From: Narcine bancroftii
Taxonomy: Eukaryota
Direction: 5' to 3'
DNA: 64,000 nucleotides
NCBI RefSeq assembly: GCF_036971445.1
Contig: NC_091480.1
Span: forward strand, 28,830,001 to 28,894,000
The translations under genes and the position numbers were made by a program. The notes under the pieces are model-generated. The model saw nothing but the letters and a program-made list of their open reading frames with translations. It ran no database searches and had not been told where the DNA came from. This document shows positions 39,292 to 52,699 of this stretch, one piece after another. Numbering within the stretch: position 1 is the stretch's first letter; every line of letters begins with the position of its first letter.

Positions 39292-40317
39292 GTGTTTCAA
39301 GTAACTATGTGTCAAAGAAAATGACCAAACTCTCAGGATCAATGCTCTTGGCTTCCTAACACAAATTCCTATTTCTCACTATGATACTGGAAAGCTTCAA
39401 ACCTCCAAAGAGAACATGGACTTGGTTGCAGCATGAGAATTCTGATGCATGCATGCTACCTTGATGTTAAGCATAATCTAGCTAAACTCATTCCCTAACA
39501 AATCCCTTCCCACTCCTTTTTGGAATAAGCCTCCAATGCTACCTTCACAGTACATAAAGATAAGTGGCCTAGAAGTTGGACATTAATTAGAGCAAAAGCA
39601 AATACACAAAAATATGGAACATGTTAAATAAGATTGAGGAGATAGAGTTAGATGGAATTATGATATAGTGATAATGGAAGCCATGTACAAGCAAAAAATT
39701 AAGTTTAATATAGCAGATTACAATTATAAATGGAAAAATTAGGAAAGAGGAAAAAGTCCAGATTTCTGTGGAAGAGTAAGAAATATGATGGGAGAAAGTA
39801 GTTTATCCCATCTGTTGTTTTCTGTTTTAAAGTAGCATCCTGAGGAGGCAGATCTATTCTGTTGGTCAGTATCAGTGTCCTGGCAAATTGAAAGATTATA
39901 GACCTGCTGGGCCAGTAGAATTTAGGCAAAGGGAAGAGATGGAAATTAAAGTGAACAAATAGGATGAAGAAATGAGTAGGATTGATAAGTATGAGTGGAA
40001 GTAGCATGAAAGTATTAATAATAAGCTAAAGTTAAAAGCTAATTGAATGCAGAAAGCAAGTGGCTTATAATGAGATGGATGGAAGCCATTCAAACATGCA
40101 AATCCATATCAGTTACACATTATTCAGTATGGTGTATCATGTATATATTCAATTTTTTTTGTGTAGTTCCAGCCACATCAGAATGGAATATCACATGGAA
40201 ACCAATGTTATCTTGCTCGTCAGTTTACATTATGTTGATGTGAACAGATTCTAGATTGGATCGATGTCCCTGGCCTGTAAGGGCCTAGAAATAAAAGGAC
40301 TTCTTTCAATACAAATA

Positions 40318-41252
40318 CTGTAAAATCCCCAGTATCCAGCACCGATGGGGATTGTGCATTTGCAAATTTTCTGGTTGCTTAAGACACACTCTTACATGTC
40401 TAACTAATACACCTTATTAAGATAACAGTTTAAAAGACAGTGCAAGATGTAAAGTAATTTGAAAAATATATATTCTAGTCCTTGATTATGTAAAGTTCAT
40501 TTTAATCAGGAAATTCCCCCAACTTACAAAATATAAAATTTGAACCCCGATTGCTAGCGCTGTAACAGCATTGCGTTAACAGTGCTGCCATTATAATTAA
40601 ATCCCCTTCCCCAAGTTTACAGATAAAACCTTAATACAGCCTTCCCCCCTACTTATGACCATCTGTACATACGACTGTAATACTGTATAAATTTAAAACT
40701 GTACATCTAAATATAAAAATTATATGTGGTCGTGCATCTACCAGTGCTAATAGCTGCATATGTACAATAGTGACTGTCAGATGAGATCCTGGCATTGTGT
40801 ACACCACAGCCTCTCTCTGGCCATTCAGTAAGCGCGCATTATGCCATGCTAACATCCGTCCGACTTGCATCCATTTCGAGATCCAACCGATCAGTCAGAA
40901 CTGACATTGTTGGAGAATGGCTGCTTTACTTAATAACATATTAATAAAGACTTACTCGACAGGGATAGGAAGACATATTGGGAGAGTCATGGGAGCAGCA
41001 CCAGTCAGCTCTTTATCCTGGCATCCCCATTTTTTTCAAATGCAACTTTATTCAAAAAGCTGCTGTGAGTGAAGCACAATCAGGACACTGCTGGTTGAAT
41101 GTTTGCTCCCATCTTCAAGGGGCTGTGTGTTGCTTTGGAGAATGTTTTCTCTTACAATTTTAAACTTTCATTTAAATTTTTATTTCTTCTTATTTATTTC
41201 CTCCAATTTTTTTTGCTGGTTGCTTAAATTCCAGATACCGGGGATTTTACTG
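40318..41252. mobile_element. Tigger/pogo-like non-autonomous DNA transposon between the convergent PTCD1 and BUD31 3' ends
   Basis: TA-CTGTAAAATCCCCAGTATCCAG ... CCAGATACCGGGGATTTTACTG-TA terminal inverted repeats with TA on both sides; shorter relative at about 36730-36925. Confidence 0.8.
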
Positions 41253-41528
41253 TAATACAAAACCTTGATAGGACTTCATTTGTTCTGCCAAAATTTAACG
41301 CAAAGATGCACATATCAAATCAGTATCCAGTTGACATAAGTGATCACATGGCATAAAAATAAACCACTAACAGAACTGGCAACCTTTCATTTTACTGCAC
41401 ATGGCATAACATTTAACTGACAATTCTAACAGTCCGTTTCAAGCAAAATCTATTTGTGTCCCAGAGATTATCTGGAAATTCTCAAGTACATAAATATTTT
41501 CAGAAGCTCCAGTAGGGATATGAAAAAT

Positions 41529-41534
41529 TTTATT
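41529..41534 (-). terminator. Candidate BUD31 polyadenylation signal
   Basis: AATAAA on the minus strand about 480 nt past the stop codon. Confidence 0.45.
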
Positions 41535-42013
41535 TCACAATAACTTTTAGTACAGTTTAATAAGCAGTTTCAAAAAGGATTATTGACAAACCCAGAGGAC
41601 TCTCAATGACAGTTGGATAATATAGTTACATCTGCATTAGACGATATTATTCAACTAACCACACCAAAGTAATCAACTAATTAAAAAGCCTGAGGGCCAA
41701 ATAATTTGTTGTTTTCAAACAAATTAGAGACAAATAAAATTGCTGCATTACACCAGATCAAATTGCACAAAAGGATGATTCAGCCTGGGAATCTTGCCAT
41801 CTAACCAATTTGTGTATGATGTCAGATACATGTTCTGAATATTTAATTTTGTAAAAAAATGTTGTAATTTCCTGCATCCCATAAGGAATGTTGGTTAGAA
41901 AGTGAGCTACAGCATTTACAGTACATCTTACTTGGGTCCATTATTTTTGAACAGAAGCAAAATTGATGGCATGTAGACTAAAATGCACTACATCCAAAAA
42001 TTGAAAAGAAAAA

Positions 42014-42064
42014 TTAACCAGAGCAACCTCTGCATCCACAGTGTGTGCACTCAATAATCCTCCC
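42014..42064 (-). CDS. BUD31: BUD31 last coding exon
   Basis: [16 protein letters not shown] then TAA. Confidence 0.97.
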   Translation of the reverse strand, partial: GRIIECTHCGCRGCSG

Positions 42065-45000
42065 CTGCAAAGGAAGAGTAATAAAAGATTTAGAGAGTTC
42101 AAAGTATAAAACAGTGATCACAGGTTGACTTTTTACATTTACCAGCTGGTATTCCCAAGGATTTATTCTTACAACCACAATCCTTTGAATTTGGCAACAT
42201 CTAAAGACATAGAATCATTTCCACATACCCTAACCCTAACCCAACTCTGCCTTCTTACCACTTGTTTGAATTCCAGTCCCAAATAAATCTACGTTTCTCA
42301 TGGTTAAAAAAAGATTTTGGGTCCATGCCACTAATTCCACCTCCATTCCAGAATGTTGAAGCTGTCATTAAGGTAACTCATTTTAAGGATTGTGCTAATA
42401 CCATTAGTAAATGACTCAGTGAATTCATAACACCACAAATGCTCATAAGTGAATAACAGGTAATGAAGTGTGAACCACATTCAAATTTAAAAGTACAGCA
42501 TGCATCACAGGAAAGTGCTTTGCACTCCAGAGTGCACTACCATACTATCCTTTCATTGCTACATGGTCTTTTGGTAGGGGGGAGTAGTGTATCCAACATG
42601 ATTAGCTGTATATCAAGTGTTACAATTTTAACAACTTTTATTACATCCCAAATAAGCTTAAGCAAATGATTTACATTTGAAAACTAATTATTTTATGAGC
42701 AATTGAAAAACTGGATTAAATATCAACTTCTGAAAAGAATTTTAAAATCAGGAATGCTTTTTTTTAAAATAAACAAATTGATGTCAGACCAGACTGCCTC
42801 ATATTAATAGATACCTCTTTGGAAAGTGAAAAGTTTTACTGCTGAGAACTTTAACGAAGATGGAAACTCACCACTTCAAGCTTGCTTTTGGGGACTCTGC
42901 AGATGCAGTTTGTTCCAAAATTGGTATCTCTGGTTTGAATACAACGGAGGCAGCACAAGTTTTCATAGCCTTGCTTCTTCCACTTAGCAATTAAATTCTT
43001 ATCAGCATATCCCTCCCTTATGCAATAGTCATAAAGCTCTAGAAAAAAGGATTGTGATATTAAAATACCCGATACACCATTTATAAAACAGTCACATATT
43101 GCCCAAAAAAATCCTAAGGAGGCACATTAAGAATAAATGACAAGCAGGTTATATCCTTCTCAATAGGACAGCATTTATCAGCCCAGTCAAATGCCACTAC
43201 ACTTTGCAAGATGGTCAAAAATCTTTTTTTCTCACCAGTAGGTCACACCATTGAACACCATTGTAATTGCTGGAATAGAGACGATAATCATCAATTTCCT
43301 CTCTGGTTTGCTATAGTTTTATTATACCACATGGTCATTGAATCATTTGTTCCCCATAATGCACTAATAGGAGGGAAGAAAATAGGCTACCAATTCCAAC
43401 ACCCATGCACAAATGGAAGATCATAAGTAAATGTATTTGGATCAGAATTAGGGCCACATTAGGAAATGCATCTATTTTTAAAAAAATTAGATAATTAAAC
43501 ACAGCGATTGCCCAACTAAATCTGCTAGGCAAATAACTTGCAAAATAGTTCCTGTGTTTTGGTTTGTCCTGAGAATAATCTTTTAAACTACATGGACATT
43601 GTAAGTGAAGCTGTAAAAGTAAACAATAAATCATGGCCTTTGTTGACTTGTACCAAGTAAGATCTCAGGTGTCAATTGAATCTGACAGTTCAAAGAACAA
43701 TTACTACACGTTTCCATGGAAAACACAGGTCTTGCAGCAGGATGAAACTAAGGGAGTACAAGTTCAGTGAATAATGAAAATTCACCCACAAAAATATCTG
43801 AGCTGCTGCCCAAATTGGGAGTGCCTATCATGGACAATTTAATCAACAGCATGCCAAAGATAAGATTGTGTAAAGAGTTAATATTAAAAGGTCAAATCCT
43901 GATGAATCTACTATGTAAAGCCACCCCACGAGACTCAGTGGCCCAACTAAATCCAATCCAGAATCGTGGCAGGTTACCAGAAAAACAGCCATCCTAAGTC
44001 TGTGCGGAACTCGGCTAGAGTGCAGAAGAAAAGATAAAATATGTAAACACCTTCATTCCGAGGACAATTCCATAATCTTAATCAACCAAAATTCCCACAA
44101 TCACAGGTACCATACTGTTTGAAAACTGATGAATGAACCAGCTACTCCCGGTACAAAAAGTGAAATTTACTTAATACTGTATTTATCCAAACCACACACA
44201 AAATAGGTGAACTCTAACCCACTTAATTCCAGCATATTTTAAAATTCAACACCATGTTTGACTCACTCACCAATAATCCAGTTAGTCCCCTTGTTCATTA
44301 AGATCATTACAGGTTTATTGATCTCTCATTTGAACCAATATTCAATCAGTACTCACTATATATTGAAAATCACTATAGAAAGTAAACTCCACTTCGTACA
44401 AATAGTCTTAGACAACAAATGGTCACATCCCAACAATTTGTTTATTCAAAAATCTTGAGAAATCATTTTAAGGAAGACATGGTGAAAACGCATTTAGACT
44501 GGAATAAGTCATCAAAATAACAGGTGTGTTGTGTATTCGAGACTTTTAAGAAAAGAGATGCTATGCCAGAGCTGCCATTCTGTACAAGGCCAAATTTTTA
44601 AAATAATTTCAATGTATTTGTGTGGAAGTACATTTGAATGTATGTCGACTTTTCCAATAATGCAACCATTTATAATACTGATTTTGAAGAACATATGAAA
44701 TAAATTCAATTGACGATTTTGCTTTAAGAGACAAACAATTTTACAAATAGACCACTGCTAATTCATAAATTTGATAGGAATTTATACAGATACAATTAGA
44801 AAATAGTTATAATGAAACAATGAAAAAGTGTAACATTCATACCTCTACTTATTGCCTTTCTCTTGTAGAATAGGTCAAATATGTAACGTGTTCGTTGGTG
44901 GTGGAGTCTGAAGATAGGCCATAGTGATTCTACCTTCCTCTTTCCTTCATGAGGCTCTGTCTCAGCTGAAATAAATGTTAAGTTAGTTTAGCAGAAAGTC

Positions 45001-48000
45001 AAGTTCCAAGACTGGACATTTATATAAACAAATAACTTTTTCATCGAAAACACAGATTTGTGTAATGCCTTCTTTGAGTCAATATCAAGGCCAAAGTGCT
45101 TTCAGCTAGTACAAATCTTACAGTGCAAATCAGGGACCAACAACCAGTCAGCATAGAGATTGCTGATACAAATTGGGTGGAGAAATCTCTTCTACCCATG
45201 TTGCTGGAATGTGAATGGTTCACATGCAAACTCAGGCTTTTTGATAGGAAAGGCCATAGCAGAATAATAACCATCTCTAAATGAGTGATCTGGATTAGTA
45301 ATGCTGAAATATAAATTCAAATCTCATAAAGGGAGTTGGTGAAGCTGAATTTAAATATACTCTATGTGGTAACATCTAGGTAGTTCATGGAAACATATAG
45401 TAGGGCAAGGCACCCCTCATGTCAGAAATTCTATTGGCCATTGATCAATCCTCATGTTTTACCCTGTACCTTTTACGTTCCATTTTCAAACAATTTAAAG
45501 AATCAGCATTCATCATCTTGAAACAAGAAACATTCCTCAATTAATTCTCATTTGTCTTACACATCATTTTGAATCCAGAACTTCTGCCCATTAACTCTAT
45601 TAAAAGCTGCAATCTTGAAAAGCTTTTTAAGATTACATCCTAACCTTCTCCATTTCAAAGTCTTGACAAAAGTCCCTGAAAAATATCTTGTTAAACCTTC
45701 TTTATAGACTCTTGTACTTTTCTTGTTCTCGCGAGACCCAACTTTCAATTAGAAAAGTCTATGCTTTCTACTTTGCATTTGTCTTCTGTACTTGGTGTAG
45801 GAATACACACAATTCATGTCGAACCACAGATGTATACAGCACAAAAAGAAGTCAAATTCATCCAAGCCAATCAAGTTGTCTACCTGGAGCTGGTCCCATT
45901 TGCTGCATTTGGTCCGTATCCCTCTAAACTGTTCCTATCCATGAACCTCTCGGAATGTATTTTGAACACTGTAATTATACCCACCTTTACCACTTTCTCT
46001 GGCAGCTCATTCCATCTACCCACTATCATGTATGAGGCACAGTTCTCCCCCAGGTCCTTGTTAAATCATTCCTCTTTCACTTTAAATCTAGACTTTCTAC
46101 ACCGGGTAAAAAAAAAAACCTGACAATCTATATCCCTGATGACTTAATACAAGGTCACCCCTTAGCCTCCTACACTCCAGCAGAAAAAAGCCAAGCCTAC
46201 CCAGTCTCTCATTACAACCCAAGTTCTCCAGTCCTAGTAACTTCCTTGTGAATATTTTCAGCACCTTTCCCAGATTAATAATATCCTTCATTACTGAATT
46301 GCACATAATACTCCAAGTTTGGTTTCAGCAAATAAGAAAATTGTGCTAAAATTGGGATAACCAACAGAGTGGTACAAGTATAGGAGGAATTAACCCTAAA
46401 AATCCTTACCATAATTTGGCCATGTTACAAGGCTCAAATCCAGGCAAGGAAACTTCAACTGAACAGCACTAACTCTCTCAACTGATGATTCAGCACTCAT
46501 CCTATTTGAACAGGACCAATTACCACCCGCACATAACCTGATGTACCAGCCATCCCAGCATACGTGATCAAAATAAGGCCTACTGTTCTTTCCCAAGACC
46601 ACATTTTGACAAAATGGATCACCTGGTTGTGCTTCTCCTGCCTTCATACAGACAGAGCCTAAAAGAGAGGCGCAAGAGATCAGGATAGCCAGAAGGTGGT
46701 CAGGGGAGGCTGAAGAATGGTTACAGACTACATCGAGTCAGTGGATTGGGCAGTGTTCAAGAACTCATCTGAAGATATAAATGATTACATCAAGATTATT
46801 AAAGACAGCTGTGGATGAGTGTGTGCTCACCAAATTGTTCAGGGTGTTCGCTAACCAGAGGTCTAGGGTGATCAATGAAATTTGAATCTGCTGAGAACCA
46901 GATCATAGGCATTTAAATCCAGAGATCTATATAACATAAGGAGCAGATTTGATCTATAAAAAGCCATATTCCAGACAAAGTAGAGGTTCTAGAGAGAACA
47001 GAAACAGCAAAGGATACCTGACAACCGTGGCAGGGCCTAAATGACAGAACCTGCTACAAAACCAAATCAAGTGCAGTAGGAGACTCCCAAATCAACTCAA
47101 TGCCTTTGAATCCTAATTTGACCACCAGAACAAGGAAAAGCCACTACACACCCCCATGTCCCCTGATGATCCTCTACTGTCAGTATCAGAGGATGAAGTG
47201 CAGACTGCCCTTTAGGAGAGTGATTCCAAGGAAAGCATCTGGTCTGGACGGAGTAACTAGCTGAGAACTGAAAACCTGTGTTGACCAACTTGCCGATGTA
47301 TTCATGGATATCTTCATCATCTCACTCAAGCTCACACCAGCTGCATCATGCTCAGGAATGGGGGCACCAATACCTCTCAGCAAAGAGCCCTGCAAAAGCT
47401 AGTGTACACAGCCCAGTACATCACAGGCAAAACTCTCCCCACCATTAAGAAAATCTCCATGGAACGCTGCCTTTGGAGAAAAGCAGTAATTATCAAGGAT
47501 CCACACCACCAAGAACACATTCTACCGCACTGCTCCCATCAGGAAAGAGATATAGGTGCCGCATAACTCGCACCACCAGGTTCAGGAACATTTGCTACCC
47601 TTCCACCTTAAGACTCAACAACAAACTCAAAGGACTCTTACTTCGCATATTATTTATTATTGAATATTTATTTTCTGTATTGAACAGTTTGCATTTTTTC
47701 TTCATTTACATCCTGTCTTTTGTATGCACATCTTTTCTCAACTCTAGTTTGTTTGCATTACTGACAAGTAGAAATTCTGCTTAGCCAAAAGGAAAAGAAT
47801 TTCTAGGTTGTATGTAATGTCATGCATGTACTTTGACAATATATCTGAACTTTGTAAACACAGATTATAGCAAAGTTTCTGGGTGGCAGAGTTCAACATT
47901 TATTATCAAGTGATCAAACTCAAATTAACTGACAAATGAACAACATAATGATAAAAAATTTCATCCTCATCAATCAACCTGTCACAGATGAGATCAACCA

Positions 48001-51000
48001 GCAGCCAAAATAAGTCTTTGCATCAAGGAGAATGATCATGTTGTTTGACACTATCAACATGCTGAAAGGATGAACTCAGGAAAAAAATCTAGCAGCTCAG
48101 ACTTGGGAATCAGTGAGATGCTTCGAGCCAGCAGTGAACACAATTTGGCAGCTGAAGCGAAAACAGAGGATCAGGCCTTTTCACACCACTGTGAACAAGT
48201 GGGAAAACTGGGCAATTTAACCGGTTACCTACCCGGGAATTGTAGAGTGAAAAGGTCAGACCAAGCAGGGCTGGTCAAAATCGACCAGGCTCTGAAACCT
48301 GAGTGGGGGGCACTCTTGGAGCTCGGCCAAGTTCACCCACCAATTCCCTACTGGCAGGGTAAAACAACAAATGACTTACTGGGAAGGCTTCATGACATCA
48401 GTGCCTGCATGCGTGCACCACAGATGACCTGCCTCTTCCTTGAGTATTAAATGACAATAAATATTCTATACTGAACACTCCAGTTTAGCTAAGCACGTAT
48501 GATAAATCAGCAAGTACAGTAATCCATCTCATCACCCTAGACTATTCCAGGTCAATGAAGACTTTAAAAGCAGGAGTTATTCTCTTTGGTTCTCTTATCA
48601 GGTGCTTCCGTTTTGCATGTTACCACACTGTGGCCTTATGGTACTTATCCAAATAAATCTATTGACCAGTAAAATTATATACAATTAAATTCTGTTGTGT
48701 ATTAGCAAACATTCCAGTCGCAAATAAAGGTGAACTGTGGCATTCCCACATTGTCCACAACTCGTTTATGTGTGCAAGATGAAACAAACGTTGAAATTTG
48801 AGAGGAGGCAGTGGAGAAAATGCAATTTATTTTGTTAACAAACGTTCTCATAACCTTCCACTGGATGTAAAAGTGAGCCGTCAACACATAGACATGGTTT
48901 CCTTCAAGCACGTTGGTGTTGAAGGTTTAATTTTACACCAGTAAATTAAATGGCTTTGCAAATTTCTGCAATCTCAGATACTGGAATCAGCAAGTTTTCA
49001 GTTAGCTCGGTGATTGTGCTCAATGCCCAATTATGAGTACATAATGTGTCACTTGTGACATCAATTTGTTGGGAGAAGAACTCCCCCCCCCCTTGAAATG
49101 CCTGGTTGCCAATTTCTCGGGTAAGGCAGGCTGCAGTGTGAAAGGCCCGGGAGGTGCAGCCTTCCTGCGAACTTTACCCAAGTCCTAGATTCGGCAAAGT
49201 ACTGGTTTTCTCCTACTTTACTGTCTGACCTCAAGATTCCTTTTATTGTCACATAATATCTTTGGCTTGGCTTCGCGGACGAAGATTTATGGAGGGGGTA
49301 AAAAGTCCACGTCAGCTGCAGGCTCGTCACATAATATATTTAAACATATAATACTCCCAACATTTGTCTGCCTTAAGGCAAACAAAGAATTATCATGAGC
49401 ATTGCCCAGCACCCCAATAGGAAAAAGAGAAGCAAAAGGGAGTCCTTTCAGAAGCCTCTTAAACTGCAGCTCCTGGGACGCGGGTGCGATTACTGGGGCA
49501 AAGATGCTGGAAGCACCTTTCAAATTGCATGGGGATGGAGCCGTCAAATCGCCAACCCGGTGATTTAAGGGGGACCCCACCCCCGCAATGACGCGATAAT
49601 TGACGCATCACGCACTCACAGGAATTATCGGCAATAACCCTCAATTACCGCCCCGTCAATTGCCCTCCCGCGAAGCGACCTCTCCCCTTAGGCACCGCAA
49701 CCACGACCTCTCTCTCTCTCTCTCCCCCCCCCCCCCCCCCCGCGCGGCAGTGACCTCTCTTCCCCTCGATCGTGGTCCCCCTCTGGAAGAAACTTCTCTC
49801 CCCCCCCCCCCCCACCCCAGCAGCAGCAGCAGCACCTCAGCCAGGGGTTTCCCCGTGACGCCAGCTCGCAAGCCTTAACATTACCAGGTTGGACATTTGC
49901 CCTCTTAAACCACCGGAGCAGGACGCCCAGTTAAGTTTTACTGGGTTCCCTGACCTTCTCCGAGGGAGGTCACGCACCCAGTTGGGTTCTGACCGGTTGG
50001 ACCCTTTCAAATCGCCATGGACCTGGGTCGCTCACTCGCCACTTGCCCGGTGAACCCCATTTGACATGGCAGTTTGGAAGGGCTTATTGCCATTCAGTGG
50101 ATTTGCCACCTCACACCATTGGCAACGCGAGCTGCGGACGGAAACCACTGATACAATCAGGAAGCCTTCGGGAGCCTGTCTCTTGCCCTCTCGAATCCCG
50201 TTCCCGACACCTGGTTCCCATGAGCCAGCTGCCCGCAATGTTGTGCGGGGGGGTCCTTCGACTGCCAGTCACTAGCCAGAGTGAGTCCCTCAACCGCCCG
50301 GCACGGTCACCTTCTCCGGAAGGTCCTTTCCCATGCTTCTCCCTCTCAACTTCGGGGAGGAGGTTCTCCCCTGTTCCTGGTGCCCTGCGCTGGGCCCTCA
50401 GACCCTGCCCGCTCCCAGCGGCATCGTCGCCATGTTTTCCTGCTGCTTTCAGTTTTATTGTTAAGATTTCAAAAGCAACAACGTATCGCTTTTGGNNNNN
50501 NNNNNNNNNNNNNNNNNNNNNNNNNNNNNNNNNNNNNNNNNNNNNNNNNNNNNNNNNNNNNNNNNNNNNNNNNNNNNNNNNNNNNNNNNNNNNNNNNNNN
50601 NNNNNNNNNNNNNNNNNNNNNNNNNNNNNNNNNNNNNNNNNNNNNNNNNNNNNNNNNNNNNNNNNNNNNNNNNNNNNNNNNNNNNNNNNNNNNNNNNNNN
50701 NNNNNNNNNNNNNNNNNNNNNNNNNNNNNNNNNNNNNNNNNNNNNNNNNNNNNNNNNNNNNNNNNNNNNNNNNNNNNNNNNNNNNNNNNNNNNNNNNNNN
50801 NNNNNNNNNNNNNNNNNNNNNNNNNNNNNNNNNNNNNNNNNNNNNNNNNNNNNNNGGTCTGGGGCCCCGCCTGCTCCGTTGAAAAGAGCCAGGCCCCGAG
50901 CCACGGCGGCCCCTCACCCACCTTCTCTCATCTTCTGATCCAGCTCGTCCAGGGTGGGCTCGATCAGCTCCCAGCCGTCGGGGGGAGGCTTCCGACTGCG

Positions 51001-51015
51001 CTTCACTTTCGGCAT
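42014..51015 (-). CDS. BUD31: Protein BUD31 homolog (G10, spliceosome-associated), spliced, 144 aa; coding exons 50922-51015, 44843-44965, 42872-43038, 42014-42064
   Basis: [50 protein letters not shown]...[49 protein letters not shown]; 435 nt, GT-AG introns. Confidence 0.98.
42872..43038 (-). CDS. BUD31: BUD31 coding exon 3
   Basis: [56 protein letters not shown], 167 nt. Confidence 0.97.
44843..44965 (-). CDS. BUD31: BUD31 coding exon 2
   Basis: [41 protein letters not shown], 123 nt. Confidence 0.97.
45830..46330 (-). mobile_element. CR1 3' fragment in BUD31 intron 1
   Basis: [36 protein letters not shown]. Confidence 0.8.
46650..47855 (+). mobile_element. Rex1/Babar LINE with large internal deletion
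   Basis: [25 protein letters not shown] joined to [24 protein letters not shown] and the 3' UTR. Confidence 0.8.
48174..49147. mobile_element. Possible PIF/Harbinger-like non-autonomous element(s)
   Basis: GGCCTTTTCACAC at 48174 and GTGTGAAAGGCC at 49136-49147, with inverted subterminal motifs (cctacccgggaattg / caatttctcgggtaagg); boundaries uncertain. Confidence 0.35.
49260..49325 (-). mobile_element. Extremely 5'-truncated RTE insertion (66 bp)
   Basis: Matches the RTE 3' end of the other copies; TSD GTCACATAATAT at 49248-49259 and 49326-49337. Confidence 0.9.
50496..50855. other. Assembly gap (about 360 N) in the GC-rich start of BUD31 intron 1
   Basis: Run of N; ORF calls spanning it are artefacts. 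Confidence 0.97.
50922..51015 (-). CDS. BUD31: BUD31 coding exon 1
   Basis: gagcc[34 protein letters not shown], donor G|gtgggt; CpG island. Confidence 0.97.
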
Positions 51016-51180
51016 GGCTCCCGCTCGGACGCCGAGCAGCCGGGCGCGACCGCCGCTTGCAGCCTCGTCCGGGCACCGTCGCACGAAGAGCACGTCGCTC
51101 GCTCCTGCGGCACCAACCCAGCCCGCCCGCGCGCCCGTCACCTCCCACCGCGCAGCGACCCGCATCTCCAAGCCGATCGA
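51016..51180 (-). promoter_or_regulatory. BUD31 CpG-island 5' UTR/promoter
   Basis: Very GC/CpG-rich with GC-box-like cccgcccgc; no polypyrimidine acceptor upstream of the ATG. Confidence 0.65.
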
Positions 51181-52254
51181 TTTTGTTTGCATGGTTAGAT
51201 TTCCATTAATCAGGGGGCATTTAAATATCAACAGGCTCACTTGGTTGACTGTTTAATAAACAGCAGATTCGATACGTTCAGAGAGAAAATGGTCCCATTG
51301 GTGCTTTAAACATCGCTGGAGGTTCATTTGGGCCAGTGTGGACGATGGCCGGGTTCTGTGGCACCATCAAGGGAAATAGCGGCATCCCTGCTGCACCTTT
51401 TAGGAGACGACCTGAACTGTGTGGTGCCATCAACCTCCACGGTAGCCGCAACTCCTACCTGCCTCCTGGGAGACTGTCAATCACCGGCCCACATCTTAAA
51501 GACTGGAGCGGCCCTTTCCTCAACGAGTCGGGCACGAGGAACCAGGGGAGACCCACGTCTCGAGGCCTTTTTCCTTTCAGCTGATTGAGCGCCTGTTGTT
51601 CAGGCTTTCCAGTTTGGGGTTGTTTGCTGCACCCCACACTGTTAGGAGGGTCATGCCCAGTCTCCGGGCCTTTTTGTGCGCAAACAACTTGGCACAAAAC
51701 CAGGTGTGGGTGAGACTGAATGAGGTCAAAGGCATTACAGAGCAGTGTGTTTCCATTTAATTACAGCTCAAGCTCTTAAATTGAGCCAATTAGTGGGCAA
51801 TTCTGGAATCAATTCAAAGATTGATTAAAGAGATTTCGCAGGGTGAGTATCTGTGGAGAGAAAGTATCAGTTCTTTCAAGTTGATGGCATTTAATCTGAA
51901 TTGGAAGGTCCGATGTTTTATAATCAGTTTCTCTCTTTCTACAACAACTGAGTATTTCTGGGGTTTTATGTAACTTACTACAGAATATTGGCAATTTATT
52001 TCACACACCCATGAAAATGTTTACAGCTATACACTTCAGACCCTGAACACATGTGTGTAAAAGTAATACTCCAGACTCCACACCTACTCATTCAATCCAC
52101 ACCTACTAGTTCTTGATTTATTTGCAAGTGGAAACATGTTCTGCCTATTTACTCTGGCTATTACCCTTCATGATTTCTGATAATATCAATTAAGTCTATT
52201 TCTCACAAAATACCTGCTACAGTCACAGTGAATTGACCAACAAATTATCTCTGA

Positions 52255-52640
52255 GTAATTGAGTTACGGGGAAAGGTTAAACAGGGAAGGAATTTATTCC
52301 CTGGAATTTAGAAGAATGAGGAGAGAATTTGATAGAGTTATTTAAAAGTATGAGAGGGATAGACAGAGTAAATGTAGGTCGGCTTCTTGCACTGAGGGTT
52401 GGTGAGCTGCAAACCAGAAGACATGGGTTAAGGGTGAAAGGGGAAAAGTTTAGGGGAACCTTTTCACACAGAAAGTGGTGGGAGTGTGGAACAAGCTGCT
52501 AGCTGAAGTGAATTCAGGCTTAATTTTAACATTTAATAAGAATGTGGACAGGTACATAGATGGGAGGGGTATGAACTGGGTGCAGAATAATAATACGGCA
52601 TGGATTAGAAGGGCCATTTTCTGTGCTGTAATGTTCTATG
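52255..52640 (+). mobile_element. CR1 3' fragment
   Basis: SLEFRRMR..LIELFK and FTQKVVGVWNKL motifs; tail ctgtgctgtaatgttctatg. Confidence 0.8.
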
Positions 52641-52699
52641 GTTACACACAGCCAGAACCACAATTTACAGAGAATAGGATTATAATGAAAAGTAAAATA

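Noticed and set aside
42228-42243. Telomere-like (CCCTAA) repeats in BUD31 intron 3
   Set aside because: Only about 2.5 units; too short to call an interstitial telomeric site
50043-51198. Long ORFs of 147-345 aa in the ORF track
   Set aside because: They are open only because they run through the N gap and GC-rich sequence; the only real coding part is BUD31 exon 1
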